A stretch of 57,390 nt of DNA, the filler included, from Stramenopiles sp. TOSAG23-2 (taxonomy: Eukaryota), in NCBI GenBank assembly GCA_900128395.1. It is 4 parts of 4 records of this genome, joined end to end, with 100 filler letters (N's around TTAATTAATTAA, not from the genome) between each part and the next. Parts side by side here need not be neighbours in the genome. Positions count along the whole stretch, not along the records: positions 28,801 to 43,065 come from LT649766.1; positions 43,166 to 57,390 come from LT649767.1; 2 more parts are not named here. One strand, 5' to 3'. Under the pieces are notes generated by a model. It did no database searches and was not told the DNA's origin. It saw nothing but the letters and a program-made list of their open reading frames with translations. Made by a program: the position numbers and the translations under genes. Positions 34,207 through 44,996 of the stretch are shown one piece after another (position 1 is the stretch's first letter; each line of letters opens with the position of its first letter).

Positions 34207-35685
34207 CTAAATTAGAAAATGCGGCAATATTTTTTGTTTTATACGATTCAAAACAAGGTGGTAATAACGAGGGCCAAGGTGTATGCCATCTTGCACATAG
34301 TATTCATTGATATCCTTGAAAACCATTGATCTGTAGAACACATCGTCAATGCAAATAACACCTTTTACACTACAAAAAGCTCTTATGCTCAAAATATTTC
34401 TTTTATGTACCAATGAATTGGCATGCATACAAGCACGGCTATTTTCCTGCCTAAACCAAAGTTTCGATGTCATTGCTGGTGACTCTACGTATACAAAAAT
34501 AATACCCTTTTGGCTCAAATTTTGTAGGACCTTTCTGGTATTACGTAATAATGTATGAAACTCAGTTAAATTGCAATATAAAATATAAGCATGCCCTGTG
34601 TTAAAGATGACAATGGGGTTTGTTTTTTCTCCAGGTTGATTGTTTAGTTCAAGATGATTCAGCTGGCTCATTAGACGGACATTAACGCGCCCGCCACCAC
34701 TTACTATACGATAATTCCGCGCTACACCACTACAATTCAAAGTAATATCATGATGGTATTTTCCATATGTGTTGTTATGTGTGCAGTTACTAGATAGACT
34801 GCTGTGAACCCTGTCATAGAGACGTTTCATATTACTATCACCAAAAGCCCAAATGGGTGTTGCGGCTAATTTTGAATTAAGCAAAGGGTTTGGTGACTGC
34901 CAATCTCTTTTATATGCATCATCACCACGTGTTACTTTTACACTTTCAGTCCACACACACATTAAGCTATTGGTGAAAAGATCCTTGCATTCAGAAGCAT
35001 TAAGCTCCCTAGTATTTTCATACGTGAAATTATATGGCTTCCATATCTCACGCAATGTTACTGTATACGTACCAGAAACAAAGCTAGCAAAATTTATTGA
35101 CCCCCCAGCATTACACGGTACGCAGCGAGATACATCAGACACAATATCGGAACCAGGCTCCCCTTTTAAAATTGCGCATAGCTCACAATGTTGACTTTTA
35201 CTTTTATTTGTATAATAACTAATTATCAACGATGGCACCAATTGTGAATTTCTTTGATTCACCAGCTTTCTATAGCAGCCTGGATTATTAACCAGTGAGC
35301 CTGTGGTAATCATGTCATAGTTTATCGATTTATTAACCAGTGAGCCTGTGGTAAGCATATCATAGTTTATCGAAGTCTCTATACGTAAAGGCAATGTTGT
35401 TGTTGAAAAATTTGTTTTTGAGAGTACTAAAATTGCCGATATAATGAAAATCAACGTAAAAATACTCCGACTTCTTTGCCGATGCAACTTTTGTTCCCAA
35501 CATTTCCATGCAAAATTATCCTCTTCTGACTTCCCTGTCTCATCTCTAGCTTGTTTACCACGTTGAATAGCCTGTATCTTAATCGCAGCTTCTTCTTGTT
35601 TTACCTTCTCATCCCTCCCTTGTTTTCCACGCTGTACGGCTTGTATCTTAATCGCCGCGTTGACTTCCTTCTGGGTATCGCTCAT
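34207..35685 (-). CDS. IQ-motif, single-TM, SGNH/GDS-DxxH esterase or acyltransferase-like protein
   Basis: Two AAIKIQAxQRGKQxR motifs, TM segment IFTLIFIISAILVL, then AFGDSN, IFNTGH and DGIH. Internal 45-bp tandem repeat at 35285-35373. Confidence 0.78.
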   Translation of the reverse strand: MSDTQKEVNAAIKIQAVQRGKQGRDEKVKQEEAAIKIQAIQRGKQARDETGKSEEDNFAWKCWEQKLHRQRSRSIFTLIFIISAILVLSKTNFSTTTLPLRIETSINYDMLTTGSLVNKSINYDMITTGSLVNNPGCYRKLVNQRNSQLVPSLIISYYTNKSKSQHCELCAILKGEPGSDIVSDVSRCVPCNAGGSINFASFVSGTYTVTLREIWKPYNFTYENTRELNASECKDLFTNSLMCVWTESVKVTRGDDAYKRDWQSPNPLLNSKLAATPIWAFGDSNMKRLYDRVHSSLSSNCTHNNTYGKYHHDITLNCSGVARNYRIVSGGGRVNVRLMSQLNHLELNNQPGEKTNPIVIFNTGHAYILYCNLTEFHTLLRNTRKVLQNLSQKGIIFVYVESPAMTSKLWFRQENSRACMHANSLVHKRNILSIRAFCSVKGVICIDDVFYRSMVFKDINEYYVQDGIHLGPRYYHLVLNRIKQKILPHFLI

Positions 35686-35793
35686 ATCTTATATCTATCT
35701 TTCTTATGCTCAACAATCAAATAGTTTCTGACCTTGATGTATATTCTATAGGTTCGTTATGGTGTAGAACAACAAATTGTATGCAACTACTTG

Positions 35794-36087
35794 TTAGTAT
35801 GTATACCAATCGTTTATCAAATATAGAAGAATAGATTGTATTGCGTTTCTTATTTGCAGTTGGTCTCCAAAAAAAAAACTAAATATTTCCCACCCGTTGA
35901 AAACCTCCGATTCCGTAGCTGGTTTCTCTAGAAAATATTCCACCCACAACGATACACCGCCAAAATATATATAGAGAGAAGCACCAACCACGCCAATCGT
36001 ACCAACCACACGTATAAGAAAATATGTAAATGTTTTAATATAACCTTCGCCGCGTCTATATGTTTCTACACCACGTTGAATATGCTT
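35794..36087 (-). CDS. Possible small membrane protein exon or gene remnant
   Basis: Stop-free frame of about 97 codons with hydrophobic FLIRVVGTIGVVGASLYIYFGGVSLW, but no in-frame ATG. Confidence 0.3.
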   Translation of the reverse strand, partial: KHIQRGVETYRRGEGYIKTFTYFLIRVVGTIGVVGASLYIYFGGVSLWVEYFLEKPATESEVFNGWEIFSFFFGDQLQIRNAIQSILLYLINDWYTY

Positions 36088-36290
36088 TTACGCGTTTGAG
36101 AGAAAGCTATGACATTTTCATAGTCGTCTTTCTCTTTATATATATAGATAGATATATATTTTGTGTGTGTATATCCGTACGTACTTACTACTTATTAATA
36201 CTATCTTACTACTACTTTTACTAATTTACTTTACTAAATATACTAAAAACTACGGTATTATAATTGTACTGTACAGTAGACATATAGTCA

Positions 36291-36530
36291 TGCTGTGTTC
36301 ATATTAATGCCTAGATTTATTAGTCTCTTCTGTGTTCATAATGATTTGCTTGGTGAAAAAAGCCCTTGCTGTGTTCATAACGATTTCCCACGTTTACGCC
36401 CTGCTGTGTTCATCTAACAGGTGACGAAAAGGCCCCTGCTGTGTTCATAACGAAAAAACGGAAAAGGGCCCTGCTGTGTTCATAACGAAAAAGTGAAAAC
36501 GGCATAAAAAACTTAGTACTGTGTTGATAC
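36291..36530. repeat. Periodic CTGTGTTCAT motif array
   Basis: Core at 36293, 36330, 36369, 36404, 36439 and 36474, with a variant at 36519. Spacings 37, 39, 35, 35, 35, 45. Confidence 0.92.
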
Positions 36531-36901
36531 TAATATTAATGTGAAATTTTATAAAAATAACAGATTCCCAATTAGAGTATTAGAGTACCCCAATACCACC
36601 ACCTAGGTACTGTTTCCAACTTAACTATAATACTATTTCATACTTAAATACAACTAAAACTAATAATTTAAATTCCTTATTCCTATACTGGAAATAGAAA
36701 CTTTCAAACTTTCAGTATTATTATATTTTCATCAAACACATACTAATAGTAAATAATAGAATAAACTAGGCGCGTAGAATTTGTATTACAATGTCATGAA
36801 TATAATGATAATAATAATATACAGATATATAATTAAAGCACGATAGCTGATCCTAGTAAATTCAGACAAAGAAAGAAAGAGGAAAATAGCGGAAATCTAT
36901 C

Positions 36902-38068
36902 ATGCAATATTGGATGGCGTTGTTTTACTTCTGCACAGGGTGGGTTGCCAACGCTTATCTAAGTGCGCCATACTTTTACCCAGTATTGTCACCGTCGCTA
37001 CGGCGTAATGATCGGCATACACAAGTTAATTGTATTGTACAGAAGACTTCACCAGACAAAATTGCCATACGTAATACTTCGTGGGCTGAATATAAGGTTC
37101 CCATAAACGCCACTGCCATCACAAACGATATCCCAAACGTCTATAATGTAGGTAATTTGACACACCTCACTATGCCCACGCAAAGACCATTGACTACAGA
37201 CAACAATAAGGGCACAAAAAAATGTCCGGCAGGTATTGTTGCATTAACTTACGCAAGTCATCCTGGGAAAGACGATCGCTTTTGTAAGCACGTTGAGTCG
37301 GCTCTCCGTAACAACGTTACTCTTGAAATACTCGGCTGGGGCACACGTTGGGCAGGACTTACACAAAAGTTACAAGGCGCATTAAAAGCAATTGAACGTC
37401 TACCTGCAAATTGCGTGGTCGTCTTCGTAGACGCATACGATGTGCTTTGGACGAAATCGCTTGCTGCAATTTTATCTGAGTTTCGCGCCATGCACAGACC
37501 ATTAGTATTTGCAGCCGAGTGTGGGTGCTGGCCTCATTGGATTGAAGATGCTAAAATGGGTTTTCCAAAGGGCACCATATGTGTAGAGAAATATCCATGG
37601 TCAGATAAGGGATCGCCGTATCGATATCTCAATAGTGGAATGTGGATCGGCGAAGTGGGGTATGCAAAATCGCTATTAAGCCATCTAACGAGAAAAAGCA
37701 AACTTGATGAGAACGATCAAAAGTTGGTAGCAGATGCATACATGAGAGGAGAGTTGAATATTTCTCTAGATACACGTAGCAGAATTTTTCAGTGCATGCA
37801 TAGCACCCGAAGGGAAGAGCCTAGCCCAGGTCTAATTTTCCATGCATGTGATCCGCACAATGACATTGATTTTGTTAATGAGACATGGGTCAACAAACGG
37901 TTTGGTACGAAACCAGCGTTGTTCCACTTTAATGGGGGTGGAAAACGACACCACATAGAAATGTACAATCGCATGGGCTGGGAAACAGGATATGAAACAA
38001 ACACAAAATGGTCATGGGGAGGTGTTACTAAATCAGTGAGATCTATTTGCAAGAAACCAGAACCATAA
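36902..38068 (+). CDS. PLOD-type (procollagen lysyl hydroxylase N-terminal) glycosyltransferase-like protein
   Basis: Signal/anchor peptide, then VVFVDAYDV (DxxD), LVFAAECGCWP, YRYLNSGMWIG, DENDQ, LDTRSRIFQ and FHFNGGGK. Confidence 0.85.
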   Translation: MQYWMALFYFCTGWVANAYLSAPYFYPVLSPSLRRNDRHTQVNCIVQKTSPDKIAIRNTSWAEYKVPINATAITNDIPNVYNVGNLTHLTMPTQRPLTTDNNKGTKKCPAGIVALTYASHPGKDDRFCKHVESALRNNVTLEILGWGTRWAGLTQKLQGALKAIERLPANCVVVFVDAYDVLWTKSLAAILSEFRAMHRPLVFAAECGCWPHWIEDAKMGFPKGTICVEKYPWSDKGSPYRYLNSGMWIGEVGYAKSLLSHLTRKSKLDENDQKLVADAYMRGELNISLDTRSRIFQCMHSTRREEPSPGLIFHACDPHNDIDFVNETWVNKRFGTKPALFHFNGGGKRHHIEMYNRMGWETGYETNTKWSWGGVTKSVRSICKKPEP

Positions 38069-38399
38069 TGGGGCTCAAAGGAGTTTTTCGGTAATGTGCT
38101 AATCAGTGGCCAGCGTATAGTAATTTGATTTTTCCAAACCACCACCACACTGGAGTGGTTGTAGAGCTGCCACTGCAGCAAAAATGGCAAGCCTTTGGCT
38201 TGCCTGGCTTGCTACTGTATCAAAATGTTTGGCAGATCTTATCATATATTTATATACTGATATCGTAATATAATATATTTTTCGCACCGATTGTAATGCA
38301 TATGATACTCGTATGATAACTATTAGATCAGCTTCTTCCCGCCAACAAAATGCAGCCAGCACCACACATGAATTTTACATGTATTTGTACATAATATCC

Positions 38400-38612
38400 T
38401 CACACACTTCTGTATGATATGCCAGGATGCAATTTTTCAGCTATTGATACCATTTTCGGAGGATTTTTTTGCAGAACATCTTTATACTTTACCAAAATGA
38501 CTTCCTCCATCTTTTTCCTCATATCGTTCGGGATTTCTGGCTTATATATCATCGGCTTGACTGTTGTAAGTGGTCCCTTATAAAAACTCCTTTTAATTAT
38601 TTTTTTAGACAC
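38400..38612 (-). CDS. Possible small basic protein
   Basis: 70-codon ORF with protein-like composition, but the start is GTG and no motif is recognisable. Confidence 0.25.
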   Translation of the reverse strand: MSKKIIKRSFYKGPLTTVKPMIYKPEIPNDMRKKMEEVILVKYKDVLQKNPPKMVSIAEKLHPGISYRSV

Positions 38613-39101
38613 TTTGCGCCTGCAGCGTTAATTTCCTCCCACAAATCTTACTACACCATTCAGGGCAGGGGTCCTTGCCGCCTGGCCCGGCTGGCAGGCG
38701 AATGTTGTTAATCATAATTAATTGAACTTTTCCCGTATCCCGCATCCCCTTAATTTACTTAAATTCATCTGTGTCCTATTAATATCGGGCTGGTCATACT
38801 TGTAGACGATTGCTGTCCTGGCTGTCGCCGCGTCCACCAATATTACTAGATAATAAAAAAATTAATAAAGAAGATATTATATATAATACACAGGTATCGA
38901 TATTGAATAAATTGTAAAATTTAAAAACACAATTGTATAGTATTACATATACATCCATATTTATTGATATATATAGATATTTACAATTGTATATATTTAT
39001 ACATACATATATATATATATATTTACAAAGAAATTAACATTTATTTATAGATATACGTGTAGACAATAATAATATATATATTTATTTTTTCGTAATTAAA
39101 C

Positions 39102-42100
39102 ATGGTATCTACTCGTTCGACACCAGCGAGGAAAAGAACCAAAACACCAGCAAAAAAAAGAACAAAAACTCCTGCGAAAAAGAAGACGGCAAAAAAAACT
39201 CCAGTGAAAAAGAAAAAGGCGACGCCTGCAAAGAAGAAGCAATCGAAGTCTCCGGCACCAAAGAAAAAGGCAGCTCTGGTAAAGAAGAAAAAGGCAACGC
39301 CAGCAAAGAAAACGAAATCGACAAGAGCAAAAACACCAGTACGTGCTAAAGCTACACAAAAAAAAAGTAATAAATTTAAAAACAAATCAAATATTAATAA
39401 AAAATCTGATGAGGAATTATTTGATGCGTGGAATTATACTGTAGATGATAATTTGAAATATTATCAAGTCAATATGAGCAAAGGTTTGTCAACAGCAGAG
39501 GCAGCAAAGCGATTGGAGAGATTTGGGAAAAACGAATTGGACAAAGAAGAAGGAGCAACTTTGTGGGAACTTTTCTTAGAACAATTTGATGACCCGTTGG
39601 TTCAAATTTTACTAGGTGCTGCAGTCATATCAACTGCTACTGCAATTTTGGAAAAAGAGGATTGGAGGGAACATACCTTTGGTATTGGTGATTTTGTGGA
39701 GCCAATTGTTATCATGACCATATTGATCTTAAATGCTATAGTTGGCGTATGGCAAGAACACAATGCAGAGAATGCGTTGGAGGCATTGAAAGAATTGACA
39801 CCTAGCACTGCAAGAGTTTTGCGTGATGGTTCTTTGGATAATGAATTTCTAGCAAATGGCTTAGTTCCTGGGGATATTGTTGAAGTGAAAGTTGGTGATA
39901 TGGTACCAGCAGATTGCCGCGCGTTGCAATTAAAAACAACGACTGTTGGGATTGAACAGATGTCATTGACTGGGGAAAGTGCAACAGTGCGCAAAGAAAC
40001 AAATTTCATCAACGCATCTAATCCTGAAATCCAATTGAAAACAAATATGGTATTTGCTGGAACTGTATGTTCAAATGGCCATATGATTGGAGTTGTGCAA
40101 AGTACAGGGATGCGAACCGAAATTGGTAAAGTTCAAGCAGCTGTGCAAGGTGCTGCGAAGGAAAATGAAGATGAAAAAACACCTCTTGGTGAAAAATTAG
40201 ATGATTTTAGCAATCAATTGATGTATTTAATCGGCTTAGTTTGTGCATTGGTATGGCTATTAAAATACAATGAATGGTTGTATGTAGATGGGAAATTCGC
40301 ATTCAATTATAAATCATGTTTGGAAAATTTTCAAGTGGCAGTTGCACTTGCTGTTGCTGCCATTCCGGAAGGTTTGCCAGCAGTTATCACTACATGTTTA
40401 GCGTTGGGTACAAGGCAGATGGCAAAGCGAAATGCTATTGTAAGAAAACTGCCAAGTGTGGAGACGTTGGGCTGTACTACCGTGATTTGCAGTGATAAAA
40501 CTGGAACATTGACGACAAATATGATGTCCGTGCGAAAAGTGATTACCATGTTTTCTAAGACCCAAGTTAAGGAATACAGTGTTGGTGGCAGTACATATGA
40601 TCCAACGGATGGAGAAATATCCCCAGCCTACGATGGTGAGGATGCTGCATTAAACGCATGCGCTCAAATTAGTGCTTTGTGTAATGGTGCAAAATTGGTT
40701 TATAAAGATGGGCAATTTGGAAGGGAAGGTCAACCGACTGAGGCAGCGTTATCAGTGCTTGCAGAAAAAATTGGACGCGGCGATGTAGGTTTAGCTAGCA
40801 AAGAATCGCCCCAATCCGTTTGCGATGCCTATCATGAACAGTGTCCAACAATCGCAACTTTAGAATTTAGCCGTAAGCGCAAATCAATGGGTGTTATCTG
40901 CAAGGAAGGTCCAGAAAACACGGTGTTTGTAAAGGGGGCGCCAGAAAGTGTGCTCGCGCGTTGTCGTCATTGTTTGTTAGAAGATGGCACCCAAGTTCGT
41001 TTAACAACGGGTATGCTCAACAAAATAAAAAGGGAAGTGTCGAAAATGTCATCCGACGCATTGCGTTGCATTGCTTTGGCATATCGTCAAGACTTGGGTT
41101 CTCCGTTGAATGATTATGACGGATCAGAAAGTCATCCTGGGCATGCTGTTTTGGCTGAGCCGGGTGCAGAAGAAGAGATTGAAAGTGATTTAGTATTTGC
41201 TGGAGTTGCTGCTATGCGAGATCCACCACGCGCAGCAGTCAAACAATCCATTGAAGACTGTGTTGCTGCGGGAATTCGTGTTATTGTTATTACTGGTGAT
41301 AATCAAAAAACTGCAGAGGCAATTTGTCGGCAAATCGGATTGTTTGACGAGAACGAAAATTTAAGTAAACTGTCTTTTGTTGGAAGAGAATTTGATGCTT
41401 TAAGTGAACGCAAACAAATTCAATTGTTGACAGACGCGAAAAACATGGAGAAAGGCATGGTTTTCTCACGCGCCGAGCCTGCTTTTAAACAGAATATTGT
41501 TCGCTTGTTAAAAGAGCAATTAAATGAAATTGCAGCTATGACAGGAGATGGTGTAAACGATGCACCTGCATTAAAATTAGCAAATATTGGTATTGCGATG
41601 GGAATTGCCGGTACAGAAGTTGCAAAGGAAGCTTCTGATATGGTACTTGCTGATGATAACTTTTCTACTATTGTTGCTGCTGTTGAGGAAGGCCGTGCCA
41701 TTTATAATAACATGAAAGCATTTATACGTTACATGATCTCATCGAATATTGGTGAGGTTGTATCCATTTTTTTCACATCATTGCTAGGTATGCCGGCTGG
41801 TTTGCTATCTGTGCAACTTTTATGGGTCAATTTGGTAACTGATGGTCCACCAGCAACTGCGCTTGGCTTCAATCCAGCTGATAAAGACATCATGACCAAA
41901 CCACCTCGTTCCAAAGATGATGTGCTTATTAATAATTGGACAATGATACGTTATGTTATTGTTGGGTTATATGTTGGTGCTGCTACTGTTGGAATTTACG
42001 GCGTGTATTTCACTGGCAATGAATTTATGGGAATAAATTATTCAGCTGATAATCATAACACCATTTCCTGGGAACAATTGACGCATTATAAATCATGTGA

Positions 42101-42512
42101 CCAAAATACAGATATGTTTCAAGGCATAGATTGTGACATGTTGTTGAATGAAAGAAGTTTTGAGAGGACAAAAGCTTCTACCTTGTCATTAACCGTATTG
42201 GTGACAATTGAGATGCTCAACTGCTTAAATGCGCTTTCTGAGGACAATAGTTTGTTGGTCATGCCACCATGGATTAATCCATATTTATTAGCAGCCATGT
42301 TCATGTCATTTGCATTACATTTCATGATATTATATTATGAAAGTTTTCAAAATATCTTTGCGATACAATGGTTAAGTTGGGATGAATGGATGTTGGTATT
42401 ATTATTTTCTATGCCTGTCATTTTGATTGACGAAGTTTTGAAATTATTTGGGCGTCATTTCAATCATCAAGCACTACTAAAAAGAGAAGCGGAACGTAAA
42501 AAGCATATGTAG
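39102..42512 (+). CDS. ATP2A: SERCA-type P2A Ca2+-ATPase with histone-H1-like N-terminal extension
   Basis: LTGES, AVAAIPEGLP, phosphorylation site CSDKTGT, KGAPE, TGDGVNDAP, ISSNIGE, WVNLVTDG and IEMLN. First ~95 aa are K/A/T/P-rich. Confidence 0.95.
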   Translation: MVSTRSTPARKRTKTPAKKRTKTPAKKKTAKKTPVKKKKATPAKKKQSKSPAPKKKAALVKKKKATPAKKTKSTRAKTPVRAKATQKKSNKFKNKSNINKKSDEELFDAWNYTVDDNLKYYQVNMSKGLSTAEAAKRLERFGKNELDKEEGATLWELFLEQFDDPLVQILLGAAVISTATAILEKEDWREHTFGIGDFVEPIVIMTILILNAIVGVWQEHNAENALEALKELTPSTARVLRDGSLDNEFLANGLVPGDIVEVKVGDMVPADCRALQLKTTTVGIEQMSLTGESATVRKETNFINASNPEIQLKTNMVFAGTVCSNGHMIGVVQSTGMRTEIGKVQAAVQGAAKENEDEKTPLGEKLDDFSNQLMYLIGLVCALVWLLKYNEWLYVDGKFAFNYKSCLENFQVAVALAVAAIPEGLPAVITTCLALGTRQMAKRNAIVRKLPSVETLGCTTVICSDKTGTLTTNMMSVRKVITMFSKTQVKEYSVGGSTYDPTDGEISPAYDGEDAALNACAQISALCNGAKLVYKDGQFGREGQPTEAALSVLAEKIGRGDVGLASKESPQSVCDAYHEQCPTIATLEFSRKRKSMGVICKEGPENTVFVKGAPESVLARCRHCLLEDGTQVRLTTGMLNKIKREVSKMSSDALRCIALAYRQDLGSPLNDYDGSESHPGHAVLAEPGAEEEIESDLVFAGVAAMRDPPRAAVKQSIEDCVAAGIRVIVITGDNQKTAEAICRQIGLFDENENLSKLSFVGREFDALSERKQIQLLTDAKNMEKGMVFSRAEPAFKQNIVRLLKEQLNEIAAMTGDGVNDAPALKLANIGIAMGIAGTEVAKEASDMVLADDNFSTIVAAVEEGRAIYNNMKAFIRYMISSNIGEVVSIFFTSLLGMPAGLLSVQLLWVNLVTDGPPATALGFNPADKDIMTKPPRSKDDVLINNWTMIRYVIVGLYVGAATVGIYGVYFTGNEFMGINYSADNHNTISWEQLTHYKSCDQNTDMFQGIDCDMLLNERSFERTKASTLSLTVLVTIEMLNCLNALSEDNSLLVMPPWINPYLLAAMFMSFALHFMILYYESFQNIFAIQWLSWDEWMLVLLFSMPVILIDEVLKLFGRHFNHQALLKREAERKKHM

Positions 42513-42871
42513 AAAAAATACAATATATAATGACCCAAATTTAATAAGATCAGGAGGATCAGTAAAAAAAGTACTATATAATAGAGTATTTTAAGTACAA
42601 TATTTAGTATTCTAATCTATACATTTATACCACTTGATATATTAAATATTCAAAAAATTTTAAAAAGTCAAAAAGTCTAAAAAAAAAAGTCAAAAGAAGC
42701 ATGAGTCTAGACAGAGAGAATTGAAGAGAGAGACCAATATTAAAAAAATATAATTTTTTATACTCGCCTTAATCCATTCCTAGTCTCCAAAAAGAATAAT
42801 ATTATCATATCATATATTTAATCTCTGATCAGACCAAGTGAATGAAATACTATTTATCTCACCACATCTAA

Positions 42872-43065
42872 TTAACCCTCTCATGCGGGCAGATTAGCGA
42901 CAGCACAAAATCCGACATTTGCATCAAAATTTCGATTTTGTATGCACACAGCATTAACGGTATTTAGTGTGACACAGCATAACGGAAAAAAAAAAGTGCC
43001 AAAAGTAAAATTTTTCCGACAAAAAAAGGAGAGGGTCATGCTCTTTTTTATTGAAAAACAATTTG
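42872..43065. mobile_element. Possible piggyBac-type transposon end cut by contig break
   Basis: TTAA followed by CCCTCTCATGCGGG, then repeated ACACAGCAT(T)AACGG up to the contig end. The other end is not visible. Confidence 0.35.
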
Positions 43066-43165
43066 NNNNNNNNNNNNNNNNNNNNNNNNNNNNNNNNNNN
43101 NNNNNNNNNTTAATTAATTAANNNNNNNNNNNNNNNNNNNNNNNNNNNNNNNNNNNNNNNNNNNN
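43066..43165. other. Artificial contig linker
   Basis: 44 N + TTAATTAATTAA + 44 N. Confidence 0.97.
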
Positions 43166-44618
43166 AAATGAAATTTGCACCACATACTTTAAATTCACGC
43201 GATGTTAAACATTCAATAGTACCAGCAAATGCCATTTCTAAATGTCCTCTGTCGCATTCCGGTGCAGTATCTGGATGGCGTTTAAATACACGTTGGAAAC
43301 TTTCTTTAAATACACTTTGTCCGAAACTATCTGCTAATACGGATAAACCTCCCGTCTTCTCCACACAACGTTTCATTTCCAATAAACCAACTTGATCTAA
43401 GGAACATGCAAAGATATCAACTACATGAGAATTACGAACGCAACGATCTGCAAGGCCTTCATAATGTTGACATGCATCTTTGAACATTGGTGCTAATCCT
43501 TTCAATAAATCATTATGCGATCGCATTGTTTTACTCAATTCTTTTGAAACAATCGCTCCAGGACCATGTGTACATGGACCACCAACAAAGGTCATGATTC
43601 GTGCACCTATTTTTTTTGTTTTATAAAATTATTATATATGTTAGAAAATTATTATATATATATATATATATATACGGTAATGAAACAATAATTTTATATG
43701 TGTGGAGGTCGGATGAACGAAATCTCATTTTTGGGAGGATTTATGATATATATATATATATATATACTTACCACTATTAGGTACAGCTGTTTCCAATAAT
43801 CCAACTGCAACAGCTAATGCAGAACCAGTTGCTCTTGAAGGTCTTAAACCTTCACCTACATGCCATGGATCACGTGCTAAATCATCTAATACAGATTCCA
43901 ATGAAAAACCACATTCCGATACAGGCACTAAAAATCGTCCTATTGCTTGATCATTACCTGTACTTGGTTGTTGACCTGCCATGCCACCTGGTCTAATACC
44001 TAGCAACGCACTAACTTTATTAGCATCTAATGCTTTCTCTCCACGGAATACAAATGATTTTGGACATTCCGTATAACCTAACTCATGCAATTGCACATTT
44101 GTTCCAAACGTCACTAAACCGACCAATGCTTCATCTGGTAATAAATTTAAACATTGTTGTAGTGAATCTTTCAACTCTTCCAATTGATCTTCACTTAAAC
44201 AAGTATCTACAACAAATAAGAAAACAGGTGGACCTGCACGTCGGTTTGGCAACGCATATTCTAAAGTTGTGTATTGCGGTATTAACTCTGCTGGCAAATT
44301 CGTTTCACTAAGTAATTCTGCGTAATGTGGTGGGAAATGATTTCTTGTCAAGCAAAATGGACAAGTCCATAACTTTGAATGAAAATCTACTTGACACCAT
44401 GGATTTAATATTGCCCCACAGTTTGGATTTTTACAACGTATTGGATCATAATCTACTGCAGCAATCGAATGTTGTGGTGCGCGATTCTTTAAAGGCGTTA
44501 AAATACATCCTACTGGAACTACAATACGCGTCGCTTCGATACGTGATGATGGCCACATATTCCAACTAAATCGTACACCATCTCGTTCCTCCGCTGCCAT
44601 AAAATCCCATCCTGACAT
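43166..44618 (-). CDS. SEC23: COPII coat protein Sec23 (2 exons visible, 3'-truncated)
   Basis: EERDGVRFSWNMWPSSR, zinc finger and FLFVVDTC. Exon 44618-43772, intron GTAAGT...ATAG (43771-43607), exon from 43606 restoring GARIMTFVGGPCT. Confidence 0.96.
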
Positions 44619-44996
44619 ATTTATGTTTTAATATATTTTTTATAAATTATTTAGAATGTGTAATAATTTACTATAATATATTCACGTTTTTTGTTTTTTT
44701 TTAAATTATATATATATATATTGGTTATGATCACTTTTCAATACTCACTGTTATATAGATAGATAGATAGACACACGAATGTACGTAATCCCTATATCTA
44801 ATAAATCGTTGAAACCCTAAGTGTGAAGTAAAGTTAGATGAAGTGATAGATATATATTGATGTTGTTTTCAAGGTCGACTATCTCTTCGACTATTTCATC
44901 TCTAATTATGTCTATATATTTATTTATTTCAAGAGTAGACGCGTGTTGGGTCCTCTCTGGTTGGGTGGAGAGGAGGTGAATCGTTATTTTTTTGGG

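Noticed and set aside
36291-36530. CRISPR array
   Set aside because: The conserved core is only 10-22 bp, spacers are short and partly similar, there are no cas genes, and the context is eukaryotic.
38660-38850. Helitron 3' end or tRNA in the GC-rich patch
   Set aside because: No cloverleaf, and the hairpins lie far from the nearest CTAG.
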